DNA of 64,000 nt from Pseudomonadota bacterium (GTDB lineage Bacteria; Desulfobacterota; Binatia; UBA1149): NCBI GenBank assembly GCA_014382245.1, contig JACNKC010000057.1, positions 174 to 64,173 of the forward strand. Direction: 5' to 3'. Shown here in pieces: positions 35,679 to 44,252 of this stretch (positions are counted from its first letter, which is position 1; the number at the start of each line of letters is the position of its first letter). The translations under genes and the position numbers were made by a program. Below the pieces are notes generated by a model, which was not told the origin of the DNA, did not search any database, and worked only from the letters and a program-made list of their open reading frames with translations.

Positions 35679-36533
35679 ATGGCAGAAAAAGCAGGAGCAA
35701 TTGACGCGTGGGCAACACTGATGCTGCCGGGCAGGTTTGACCGCTGGCCCGAGGAGTTCAAGCACATCTTCCGCCGTTACAGCAGCATAGACCTGTTCGA
35801 AAAGGGTATGACCCCCGAGCAGATGATAGAGCACATGGACGCTGCCGGTGTCGATAAGGTTATGTTCTCGGCCTTTGGCTACGGCGACCTCGAGTTGTTG
35901 AGCAACCAGGAGGTGGCCGAGATATGCGCGAAGTATCCGGATCGCTTCGTAGGCGTGGGCACGGTGGACCCGCGCGGTAAGCCGATGGACGTGGCCCGCG
36001 AAGTTGAAAAACTTGGACGCGAGTACGGCATGAAGGGTGTTCGCCTGGAACCCTACGCCTACGGTGACGGTATGACCGGCGCGCCGCCGAACGGCAAGAT
36101 GTACTGGCCCGTGTACATGAAGTGCGTGGAGCTGGACATGGCCGTGTGCATGCAGGTAGGCCACACCGGCCCGCTGCTGCCATCGGAGGCCGGGCGTCCG
36201 ATCTACATCGACGAGATCGCGCTGTCGTTTCCCGAATTGACCATCGTTGGCTGTCACCTGGGCCAACCGTGGCACGAGGAGATGATGATACTGGCGTGGA
36301 AGCACCCCAACGTTTATGTCGAGACCAGCGCGCGCACGCCCAAGCACTGGCCGCCGTCTTTCGTTGACTTCGTCAAGGGCTGGGGCCGCGACAAGGTGTT
36401 GTGGGCCACCGATTACCCGCTGCTGACCTTTGAGCGCACGCTCAAGGAACTACGCGATCTTGGAATCGACGACGAGATCTACAACAAGGTGGTGCGCGAA
36501 AACTGCGTGCGCGCTTTCAAGCTGGACAAGTGA
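35679..36533 (+). CDS. Amidohydrolase-2 family protein (ACMSD/LigW-like TIM-barrel hydrolase/decarboxylase)
   Basis: MAEKAGAIDAWATLM.., DAAGVDKVMFSAFGY, RFVGVGTVDP and KVLWATDYPL match the Amidohydro_2 layout. ATG 35679. Confidence 0.8.
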   Translation: MAEKAGAIDAWATLMLPGRFDRWPEEFKHIFRRYSSIDLFEKGMTPEQMIEHMDAAGVDKVMFSAFGYGDLELLSNQEVAEICAKYPDRFVGVGTVDPRGKPMDVAREVEKLGREYGMKGVRLEPYAYGDGMTGAPPNGKMYWPVYMKCVELDMAVCMQVGHTGPLLPSEAGRPIYIDEIALSFPELTIVGCHLGQPWHEEMMILAWKHPNVYVETSARTPKHWPPSFVDFVKGWGRDKVLWATDYPLLTFERTLKELRDLGIDDEIYNKVVRENCVRAFKLDK

Positions 36534-36564
36534 GCAGGGCCCCGCGGAAGAAGAGAGCTTGAGC

Positions 36565-37014
36565 GTGGACGCGGCGGCGATGGGAGCCAACCTGGAGCGT
36601 ATTCCCTTTACGCTGGAGATGGGCCTGGTCATAGAGCGACTGCAGGACGGCGAAACGCACATGCTGCTGCCGGCTGGACGGGGCAATCACAACCTGGTGG
36701 GCACGGTACACGCCGGGGCGGTGTTCACCTTTGCAGAAACCGTGGCCGGCGTAGCTGCCGGTGCCGACACGCTCGAGCACGGGTTTCCCTTCGTGCGCAG
36801 CGCCCGGGTGCGCTACCTGAGACCGGGTGACGGCGAGTTGCACGGGCACGCGAGCGTGGAGGCCGAAGACGTAGCGCGGGTGCTGGCCGAGTTGAGCGAG
36901 TACGGTCGTTCGAGACTCAGCGTGTCAGTCAAGATCGAAGACACCGAAGGGCGGCTGGTGGCCGAGCTCGACGTCGACTACGCCTTCAGACCGATAGCGG
37001 GGGAGAAAAAATGA
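36565..37014 (+). CDS. PaaI/hotdog-fold thioesterase-like protein
   Basis: NLVGTVHAGAVFTFAETVAG is a hotdog motif. Start is GTG 36565 (after GGAAGAAGAGAG) or ATG 36580. ATGA overlap with the next gene. Confidence 0.7.
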   Translation: MDAAAMGANLERIPFTLEMGLVIERLQDGETHMLLPAGRGNHNLVGTVHAGAVFTFAETVAGVAAGADTLEHGFPFVRSARVRYLRPGDGELHGHASVEAEDVARVLAELSEYGRSRLSVSVKIEDTEGRLVAELDVDYAFRPIAGEKK

Positions 37015-37793
37015 ACGAACTACTGAGAAGCGAAATCAACGACGGCGTGGTGACCATAACGCTGACGCAACCCGGCAACATGAACGCGCTCAGCCTGGGC
37101 ATGCTCGACGTCCTGATGGAGGCCCTCGACCGGGCCGCCGCCGATGACAGCGTGAGAGTGGTCGTGCTTGCCGCCGAGGGCAAGGTGTTTTGTGCGGGTG
37201 CCGATCGGGCCGAGATGATAGAGCGCGAACCCGCCGAGTGGGAACCCATCGTGGATCGTTATCTCGATCCCGTGCGCGCGATAGCGGGCATGGACAAGCC
37301 GGTGGTGGCGCGCCTGCACGGCGACACGGTCGGGGGCGGATTCGGACTGGCGATGGCCTGCGACTTCAGGGTGGCCGTGGAGGGCATACGGCTGGGCGCG
37401 CCGTTTGTTCGCATTGGACTGGCCGGTTGTGACATGTCGGCCGGGTATTTTCTTCCACGCTTGATCGGCCTGGGCGCGGCCACCGAGATGATGATGACCG
37501 GCCGCCTGGTCAAGGCCGAAGAGGCCCTGGCCATGGGCCTGGTTCACCGCGCGGTCGCGGTTGACCAGCTGGACGATGAACTGGCCGAGCTCGTGGGGCG
37601 GCTGAGGAACGGGCCGCCGATAGCGTTGGCGTTTACCAAGCGCGCGATCAGGCGTTCGCTGGATCGCGACATGAATTCGGAGTTCGACTACGAGGTATTT
37701 GCCCAGGTGCAGTGCATACAGACCGAGGATCATCGCGAGGGGGTGAAGGCGTTTTTCGACGAGAAGCGCGCGCCGATTTTTCGTGGAAAGTAG
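37011..37793 (+). CDS. Enoyl-CoA hydratase/isomerase family
   Basis: VVTITLTQPGNMNAL, FCAGADR, and ARLHGDTVGGGFGLAMACD. Confidence 0.9.
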   Translation: MNELLRSEINDGVVTITLTQPGNMNALSLGMLDVLMEALDRAAADDSVRVVVLAAEGKVFCAGADRAEMIEREPAEWEPIVDRYLDPVRAIAGMDKPVVARLHGDTVGGGFGLAMACDFRVAVEGIRLGAPFVRIGLAGCDMSAGYFLPRLIGLGAATEMMMTGRLVKAEEALAMGLVHRAVAVDQLDDELAELVGRLRNGPPIALAFTKRAIRRSLDRDMNSEFDYEVFAQVQCIQTEDHREGVKAFFDEKRAPIFRGK

Positions 37794-37816
37794 CAGGCAG
37801 GACGGGAGCAGGGTTC

Positions 37817-38965
37817 ATGGCTGAAGCAGATTTTTACTTGAGCGAGGAGCAACGGTCGTTGCAGTCGACCTTGCGCGACTTTGTCGCTGCCGAGGTGGAG
37901 CCGCTCGCCCAGGGGGCCGACGATGACGAGCGCTTTCCGGTGCAGGTGTTGCGCAAACTGGGTGGGCTTGGCTATCTCGGACTGCGTTTCCCCGTTGAGG
38001 TGGGCGGGGCGGGGGGTAGCAACCTCGACTACGCGGTCATGTGCGAGGAGATGGCGCGCGGCTCGGCCGGTATAGCGCTGGGAGTGTACGTCCACACGGC
38101 GCTGGCCTGTTCGGCCTTGACGGAGTTCGCGTCCGATGATTTGCGCGAACGCTGGCTCGCCCCGGCACTGCGCGGCGAGGCCATCGGCGGCTGGGCTTTT
38201 GCCGAGGCCGGGGCCGGGTCTGACGCCGCGTCGATTACTACCAGCGCCGCCGTCGATGGCGATGACTACGTTCTCAACGGCGCCAAGATGTACATCACCA
38301 ATGGCACCATAGCCGACTTCCTGGTGGTGGTCGCCTCCACGACGCCGGGGCAGGGGCTCAAGGGTCTGTCGTTGTTTCTCGTGGAGGCCGACCGTCCCGG
38401 TTTCAAGGTCGCTCGCCCCTTGTCCAAGCTTGGGGTTCGGGCTTCGGAGATGGCCGAGCTTGTTTTCGAAGACTGCCGGGTGCCGCGTGAAAACCTGCTG
38501 GGAAGAGAGGACAAGGGTTTCCTCGACGCGCTCAGGGTGCTGGTGTTCGGTCGCATAGCGTCGGCGGCTTTCGCCGTAGGGATCTCTCGTGCGGCGTTGG
38601 AGGCCACGGTCGAGCATGTGCGCGAGCGGCGGCAGTTCGGTGTGTCGGTCGGTAGCTTCCAGGCGGTGCGCTTCGGGGTCGCCGACATGGCCATGCAGAT
38701 AGAGGCGGCCCGCCTGCTTTGTCACCGGGCAGCCATCGCTGCCGACCGGGGTTTGCCTCACGGCCGTGAAGCGTCGATGGCCAAGCTTTTTGCCACCGAG
38801 ACATGCACGCGCGTGGTCGAGCGAGCGTTGCATTACCACGGGGCAACGGGATTCATGTCGGACTCCCCGGTGCAGCGTTACTACCGCGACTGCAAAGTGT
38901 TCGAATTCGGCGAAGGCTCAAGCGAACTGCAGCGCGAGATGATCGCGCGCGAGCTGGGTCTCTGA
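37817..38965 (+). CDS. Acyl-CoA dehydrogenase
   Basis: MAEADFYLSEEQRSLQ.., GWAFAEAGAGSDAASI and FEFGEGSSELQREMIAREL. ATG 37817; the track ORF starts at 37712. Confidence 0.92.
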   Translation: MAEADFYLSEEQRSLQSTLRDFVAAEVEPLAQGADDDERFPVQVLRKLGGLGYLGLRFPVEVGGAGGSNLDYAVMCEEMARGSAGIALGVYVHTALACSALTEFASDDLRERWLAPALRGEAIGGWAFAEAGAGSDAASITTSAAVDGDDYVLNGAKMYITNGTIADFLVVVASTTPGQGLKGLSLFLVEADRPGFKVARPLSKLGVRASEMAELVFEDCRVPRENLLGREDKGFLDALRVLVFGRIASAAFAVGISRAALEATVEHVRERRQFGVSVGSFQAVRFGVADMAMQIEAARLLCHRAAIAADRGLPHGREASMAKLFATETCTRVVERALHYHGATGFMSDSPVQRYYRDCKVFEFGEGSSELQREMIARELGL

Positions 38966-39014
38966 GCCGAGGGGGAGTATCCCCCTCGGGCTTTCTTTCT
39001 GATAGAGGGGAAGC

Positions 39015-39992
39015 ATGAACGTGGAATACGGAACCTTCGTACCGCAGGGCTGGCGCATGGAGATGCAGCATCTCCAGGGCGGCCAATCCCAGTGGAATGT
39101 CTTGACCGCGAGCGCGCGCGCGCTTGAAGACGCTGGCTACGACTCGTTGTGGTTGTACGACCACTTTCACACCGTGCCGCGTCCGGCCATGGAGCCGACC
39201 TTCGAGTGCTGGAGTACGATGGCCGCTCTGTCGCAGGTGACAAGCCGAGTGCGCCTGGGCCAGCTGGTGACCTGCAGCGCCTATCGCAACCCGGCTTACC
39301 TCGCCAAGCTGGCCAGCTGCGTTGACGTGATGAGCGGCGGCAGGGTCGACCTTGGAATAGGCGCCGGCTGGAAGACCGAGGAGTTCGAAGCCTACCAGTA
39401 CCCGTTTGCCGGCATACGCGAGCGCCTCGACCGCATGGCCGACACGGCGCGTATCTGCCGCGCGATGTTCACGGACGAGAAAGCCACCGTAGAGGGAGTG
39501 TACCACCGGGTGACCGACGCCATCAACGAGCCAAAGCCCGTGCAGGCCGGGGGGCCCCCGATCTGGATAGGCACGCAGGGCGAAAAAGTCGGCCTGCGCA
39601 TGGTGGCCGAAGTGGCCGACGGCTGGAACCATAACCGTGGGCCCGACGAGTACGAGCGCAAGCGCGAGATCCTTGCAGGGCATTGTCGCGACCGCGGCCG
39701 CGACCCCGACAGCGTGCGCATATCAGTGGAGAACACCTGCGTGATCTACGAGAGCGAAGCCGAGCTACGTGATTTTGCCGCTCGCTGGTGGCCGCACTAC
39801 AACGAGAAACAACTCACCAGGTTCCTGGCCAACTGCTGGACCGGGAGGGCCGAGGATATCGCGGCCGAGATAAGGTTTTTTACCGAGCGGGGAGCGTCGC
39901 TGGTGATCTGCTGGTTCCAGGACCTCTGTGACGCCGGCAATGAGGATTCGCAGGCGCAGCGATTTATGCGCGAGGTCGTGCCGCTGGTCTGA
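39015..39992 (+). CDS. Luciferase-like (LLM class) flavin/F420-dependent oxidoreductase
   Basis: AGYDSLWLYDHF, LGIGAGWKTEEFEAYQYPF, and SD GAGGGGAAG upstream. Confidence 0.85.
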   Translation: MNVEYGTFVPQGWRMEMQHLQGGQSQWNVLTASARALEDAGYDSLWLYDHFHTVPRPAMEPTFECWSTMAALSQVTSRVRLGQLVTCSAYRNPAYLAKLASCVDVMSGGRVDLGIGAGWKTEEFEAYQYPFAGIRERLDRMADTARICRAMFTDEKATVEGVYHRVTDAINEPKPVQAGGPPIWIGTQGEKVGLRMVAEVADGWNHNRGPDEYERKREILAGHCRDRGRDPDSVRISVENTCVIYESEAELRDFAARWWPHYNEKQLTRFLANCWTGRAEDIAAEIRFFTERGASLVICWFQDLCDAGNEDSQAQRFMREVVPLV

Positions 39993-40040
39993 GCGACAGG
40001 GCTGGCCATACGAGTTTGCCGTGCCTGCACCTGGGGTACA

Positions 40041-40078
40041 GCCCGCCACCCGTCACGGTCAAATGAAGGGTGGCGGGC
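40041..40078. terminator. Bidirectional terminator hairpin
   Basis: Perfect 11-bp stem GCCCGCCACCC / GGGTGGCGGGC with a 16-nt loop. It is centred in the 102-nt gap between convergent genes (ends at 39992 and 40095). No clear U-tract. Confidence 0.55.
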
Positions 40079-40094
40079 CTGCGGTTTGCATGCT

Positions 40095-43000
40095 TCAGCT
40101 CCCGGCCGGCTCGCACACGAACTTCAGTGAATCGGAATCCCGTGTGCCTCGTCCGTTCGTGCCTGGGGTTGAGATCGCCTGCACTTTCAGCTTACCCTTG
40201 CCGGCCCGCGTACCGTCGTTCCTCAGCGGAACCTGAAATTCTACCAGGTCACTGCAGTCACCCTCGACAGTGACCGGCGAGGAGTAGGTTATTTCAGATC
40301 CTGCTCTTCCGCCCAGCGTTGCCTGTCCAGCTGGATCCAGGGACGCTATGGCGTCACGGAGCGCGGTGCCGTTGGCTGCGTCGTGGGGCTTGCGACTGTC
40401 AGGCCTGGGCTTTTTAACCCGTAGCGAATCCACGCCGCTCACCGAGCATGCTAGATCGCCGGTCTTGGGGTCTACGAGGCGAGAGTCATCAAGATTCAGG
40501 CAGGCCGCAAGGCGGAAGACACATACTCCGTTGGCCTGGCCATCTCCGTCGCACACCGGATCACCGTCGCGGCAGGTCTGTTCCGGGTTTATGTAACCTC
40601 TTCTATCGAAGAAGGGGCGGTTGAGGGGGTTGCGTATAGACCACTCCAGCACGCAGTTCTTTTTTGCTGATCCCTTGCCGGGCACGAGGTCACCCGCGGT
40701 TTCGCCCATGTACATGTCGCTGAACTTGCATGTCTCGAACGGCCACACTCCTGTCCCCGATACGGAGGCTGGATCAACGGGGTCAGCATTGTTGTCGTCG
40801 CAGCAGAGCGGCACCGGCGTATCCGGGTCGGCTACACAATCGGCCGTTCTCAGTGAGCAACCGCTTCCAGTGTAGTTGTGTTTACACTTCTTGGTCGCAG
40901 CGGGGAGCATGGGAGTGCTGTTCCGCTTGAGCACCAGGTTCTGCTCCTGCAGGCTCGAGCTGCTCGAGCAGGTACCACCGGCGGGGCAGTTGTCTGGGTT
41001 TTTCTTGCTGCACGGTAGGCCGTCCATGGTGCCGCCCGAGCAGGTGCCCTTGTCTACGAAGCCGTCGTTGATACGATCATCCCAGCACATGCTAACGGTT
41101 ATCGCCGACGCGAACTGGGTGACGCCGGGGGCGGTCGTGTCTTCGGGGGTCAGAATTGCCCGCATGCCAACACCCGCTCCCGCCTCTACCTTGAACTTGT
41201 CACTGCCCGAGCTGTGATCGAAGCCGGTAATGGAAAAACTGGTGTCGGTGGCAATGGCACCAGCTGGTACATCAATGGTAACGCAGCCGTCAGTCGTGGT
41301 GAGCGTGCCTCCGGCAACACCGATGTTCACGCCACCGGACCTAGCCACGGTGCAGTTCTGGTCAGAAAAAGCAGGGCAGTCGTCGCATACATCGCCACCG
41401 TCGCAGCAGCCCTCCTTGCCGACGGGGACCACGCCCGAGCAGCCACCCGAAACCCAGAAAGCGGGGTCGGTACAGTCGTAGTCAGCCTGGTCCGGGTTGT
41501 ACTCGGCGGCGCAGTTGTCATCGGGGTCGCACACGCCGTCGGCGTCTGGATCGGTGCTGTCGCAGGTGTCGGTGGCTTCTTCGCAGTTGTAACAGGTACC
41601 CAGGGCCAGGCAGGGGTCGCCGCCGCTGGTGCAGGCCGCGGCCTGGCAGGTCTCAATGCCCGTGCAGTAAAGCCCGTCGTCCGAGCAGGCCGTTCCGTTG
41701 GCCAGGGCCGGATGCGCGCAGGCGCCCGCGCCATCGCACTGGTCGTCGGTGCATTCGTTGCCGTCGTTCGTGCAGGCTGTTCCCGCACTCACGTCGCAGC
41801 TGTTGGCCGCCTCGTCGCAACTGTCGGCGCACTCGGCGCCACCGACGCAGGGGTCGCCGCCGCTGGTGCAGGCCGCGGCCTGGCAGGTCTCAGCGCCCGT
41901 GCAGTAAAGCCCGTCGTCGGTGCAGGCAGTGTCGTTGGCCACGGCCGGATGCGCGCAGGCGCCCGTGCCGTCGCACACGTCGTCGGTGCATTCGTTGCCG
42001 TCGCTCGTGCAGGCTGTATTCGCCGCCACCGCGCAGCTGTTAGCCGCTTCGTTGCAACTGTCGTCGCATTCGGCGCCACCCACGCAGGGGTCGCCGCCGC
42101 TGGTGCAGGCTCCAGCCTGGCAGGATTCTGAACCAGTACAGTAAAGTCCGTCGTCGGTGCAGACAGTGTCGTTGGCCACCGGCGTGAACACGCAGGCGCC
42201 CAGCGCGCAGGAGTCCGAGGTGCACTCGTTGCCGTCATTGCACACCAGGGTCAGGCAGGGGTCGGGGGCAGGTTCTTTTATTACGTGAGTGGTGCCGTTG
42301 GGGTCGCCTATTCCCGAGCCGCCAACCGATAGATCCAGGGTGCCGTCGCCATCGAGGTCGCCGAGGTCTACGCCCCAGCCGAGATTGCCGTCGTTGACCT
42401 TGCCGTACCAGACCGCCGGTGCGGTGTTTATCGAGGTGTTCAGTCCACTGTAAGTGCCGCCCGAGAGTACAAATACGCCGCCGTTCTGGGCCATTCCGCC
42501 TCCGGAATACAAGGGCGCCCCGATGTAGAGTTCGAGCTTGCCGTCGGCGTCGTAGTCGGCGGCAGCCAGGTCGGTGCCCAGGCGGTCAAACACCGCGTCG
42601 CCGTCTCCTATGCAGCTGTCGGCGCTGGTGTAGGGCGAGGGGTAGTCCACCGGGTAGACCGCGGGCGAAGCCCCTATGGGTCCGTACTTGATGTACACGC
42701 GCGATTCCACCGCCACCCCGTCGCTGGGAGACCCGACCACGAGGTCGTCGATGCCATCGGTGTTGACGTCGGCCACGTCAAGGCCCTGGCCGAACCAGGC
42801 GTCGTCTTTCTTCATGTCGATGCAGGCCGAAGCGACGCAGGAACAGGAGCCGCCACAGGCCGGCGCGCCGTCCATGATGCTCAAGGGCTGGGAGACTGGA
42901 TTGTTGATGGGGCCGTTGGCGCAGAAATTGAACTCGACCACGGCCGCGGTTCCAAGCAGGTATACGCGTCCCGCCCGGGCGAACCCGTGGCGGTGTATGG

Positions 43001-43733
43001 GTGCGCCGACCACGAGATCGACCAGTCCGTCGTTGTCTATGTCGCCGGCTGCCGGGTAGCCGAACATTTCGAGTTGCGCGCCACCGCTCATTATCGAGTA
43101 GCCGTTGCCCCCGGTGTACAGGCGCCAGTTGTCGGCAAATATTTCCTGTCCCCACACGAGTCCCGCCGACTTGTGCAGCACGTGGATGGCACCGCCATCA
43201 ACCTTTACTCCACCCGCTAGGCCGGCCACCGGATCGGCCAGTGGGTCACCGATGATGAGGTCGTTCTGCCCGTCGCAGTCGATGTCGGCAATCTCAAGGC
43301 CCAGGCCGAAACCGCCGCTGCCCGTCAAGGCCGTGGGTGCGTTGATGCGGAAGGCGTTGGGGGCGACGGCGCCGGCTTTGCAAAGCACGCTCACGTCTTC
43401 GGGCGCTGCTCCCATGGCGATGGCCCCGCGTACAAGGCACACGTGGTCGCTGCCGGGCACGCCTATGGCGATGTCGTCAATGCCGTCAGCGTCAAGATCG
43501 CCCACGGCCACGCCGCGGCCCGAATCGGTGGCCAGCGCAGCACCGCCGAGGTAATCGTGGCCGCTCACGGCCTGGGCCGAGACCTCGGCCGGTACCGCCC
43601 AGGCCTGCTGGGCTGTAAGCGTGATGGTGAGCACTGCCAGCGCGAGCAAGGAAAAACCTCGCACTGCGACGCAAGCGCTGCCTGTGCACCCGGGAGCGCT
43701 GCGGTGAATCGACGAATGGTATTCAGTGGTCAT
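40095..43733 (-). CDS. Large secreted FG-GAP (integrin-alpha-like beta-propeller) protein with Cys-rich repeats and a TSP3-like Ca-binding motif
   Basis: 1212 aa with a signal peptide. At least six DxDxDG..D..xG(A/S)P repeats (e.g. DLDADGIDDIAIGVPG, GDIDNDGLVDLVVGAP). Three roughly 79-aa Cys-rich repeats (CTDDGLYCTG..CTSGGDPC..). DPDADGVCDPDDNCAAEYNPDQAD. Cys-rich C-terminal region of unknown fold. Confidence 0.8.
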   Translation of the reverse strand: MTTEYHSSIHRSAPGCTGSACVAVRGFSLLALAVLTITLTAQQAWAVPAEVSAQAVSGHDYLGGAALATDSGRGVAVGDLDADGIDDIAIGVPGSDHVCLVRGAIAMGAAPEDVSVLCKAGAVAPNAFRINAPTALTGSGGFGLGLEIADIDCDGQNDLIIGDPLADPVAGLAGGVKVDGGAIHVLHKSAGLVWGQEIFADNWRLYTGGNGYSIMSGGAQLEMFGYPAAGDIDNDGLVDLVVGAPIHRHGFARAGRVYLLGTAAVVEFNFCANGPINNPVSQPLSIMDGAPACGGSCSCVASACIDMKKDDAWFGQGLDVADVNTDGIDDLVVGSPSDGVAVESRVYIKYGPIGASPAVYPVDYPSPYTSADSCIGDGDAVFDRLGTDLAAADYDADGKLELYIGAPLYSGGGMAQNGGVFVLSGGTYSGLNTSINTAPAVWYGKVNDGNLGWGVDLGDLDGDGTLDLSVGGSGIGDPNGTTHVIKEPAPDPCLTLVCNDGNECTSDSCALGACVFTPVANDTVCTDDGLYCTGSESCQAGACTSGGDPCVGGAECDDSCNEAANSCAVAANTACTSDGNECTDDVCDGTGACAHPAVANDTACTDDGLYCTGAETCQAAACTSGGDPCVGGAECADSCDEAANSCDVSAGTACTNDGNECTDDQCDGAGACAHPALANGTACSDDGLYCTGIETCQAAACTSGGDPCLALGTCYNCEEATDTCDSTDPDADGVCDPDDNCAAEYNPDQADYDCTDPAFWVSGGCSGVVPVGKEGCCDGGDVCDDCPAFSDQNCTVARSGGVNIGVAGGTLTTTDGCVTIDVPAGAIATDTSFSITGFDHSSGSDKFKVEAGAGVGMRAILTPEDTTAPGVTQFASAITVSMCWDDRINDGFVDKGTCSGGTMDGLPCSKKNPDNCPAGGTCSSSSSLQEQNLVLKRNSTPMLPAATKKCKHNYTGSGCSLRTADCVADPDTPVPLCCDDNNADPVDPASVSGTGVWPFETCKFSDMYMGETAGDLVPGKGSAKKNCVLEWSIRNPLNRPFFDRRGYINPEQTCRDGDPVCDGDGQANGVCVFRLAACLNLDDSRLVDPKTGDLACSVSGVDSLRVKKPRPDSRKPHDAANGTALRDAIASLDPAGQATLGGRAGSEITYSSPVTVEGDCSDLVEFQVPLRNDGTRAGKGKLKVQAISTPGTNGRGTRDSDSLKFVCEPAGS
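41600..42245 (-). repeat. 237-bp (79-codon) in-frame tandem repeat, about 2.7 copies, inside the FG-GAP gene
   Basis: The string CAGGGGTCGCCGCCGCTGGTGCAGGC recurs at 41611, 41848 and 42085, an exact 237-nt period. By manual alignment, copies 1 and 2 are roughly 85-90 percent identical. Confidence 0.85.
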
Positions 43734-43920
43734 GTTATCTGTCCCCCCGGCAGGATCCCCTGTAAGGCTCCGGCCGCCGTAATCCTTATTCCTTCAACGA
43801 TGCAATCCCTGTGCCGCATCCGACACAAGCGCTGCGAGGCGCTATTACCCGCTGCGCGTCCTTGCTCCGGCGCTGCAGCCGCTAAGCTGGGTTTTCACCT
43901 GCCGTAGCATCCGGCTGCTT

Positions 43921-44073
43921 GCTGCCAAGCCTGGTTTGCAGTGGGCGTGGGAGGGCCGGCTGGAGATTCTCCCGCTTCGGCCCTCGTAGACCCCGCTCAT
44001 TGTCCAACTGAGCGGCAGCAACCGGCACTTGTCAACGGGCGCCGGTTCGTGGAGGGCGAATGAGATGGGCAGC
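43921..44073. other. Hairpin-rich element in a 519-bp intergenic region (candidate structured RNA or regulatory region)
   Basis: Three adjacent hairpins: GAGGGCCG..CGGCCCTC (43951-43985, with an inner GGAG/CTCC stem), CCGCTCA-N9-TGAGCGG (43993-44015) and AACCGGC-N14-GCCGGTT (44020-44047). They are bracketed by GCTGCC (43921-26) / GGCAGC (44068-73). Strand and function unknown. Confidence 0.25.
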
Positions 44074-44171
44074 GGGTGGCAAAGGGGAGTCTTTTTCGAT
44101 GACCACAAGGCGTTGGCTGTGTATCAGCCGCATAGTCTCGACCCCTGCACAAGGGGGTGAAAGTGGCGCGG

Positions 44172-44198
44172 TTGACGGGCAACGGCTGAGCGTATAAC
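44172..44198 (+). promoter_or_regulatory. Promoter candidate for the SDR/O-methyltransferase operon
   Basis: TTGACG (44172-77), a short 15-nt spacer, then TATAAC (44193-98). It lies about 55 nt upstream of ATG 44253. Confidence 0.3.
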
Positions 44199-44252
44199 CA
44201 CTTGGCGGACGGTTGCGGCTCAACGGCTGCGGCGGGCAGAGAGCCTGAGAAG

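Noticed and set aside
43751-43790. A c-di-GMP-I (GEMM)-like string, AAGGCUCCGGCCGCCGUAA
   Set aside because: Only a short resemblance to the GCAAAGCC.CCGGCCUAA core. There is no GNRA tetraloop/receptor hairpin pair, and the orientation relative to the flanking genes is wrong.
43921-44073. SAM-I (S-box)-like riboswitch. The region contains the strings GGAGGGCCGG, CGGCCCUCGUAGACC and GCAGCAACC, and a P1-like closing helix
   Set aside because: The region between P1 and the first hairpin is far too long for a kink-turn P2. An extra hairpin interrupts the GGCCC..GCAACC segment, and no P4 or GCUAA-type junction is present. The likely SDR promoter lies downstream of the element. I keep it only as an unclassified structured region pending cmscan.
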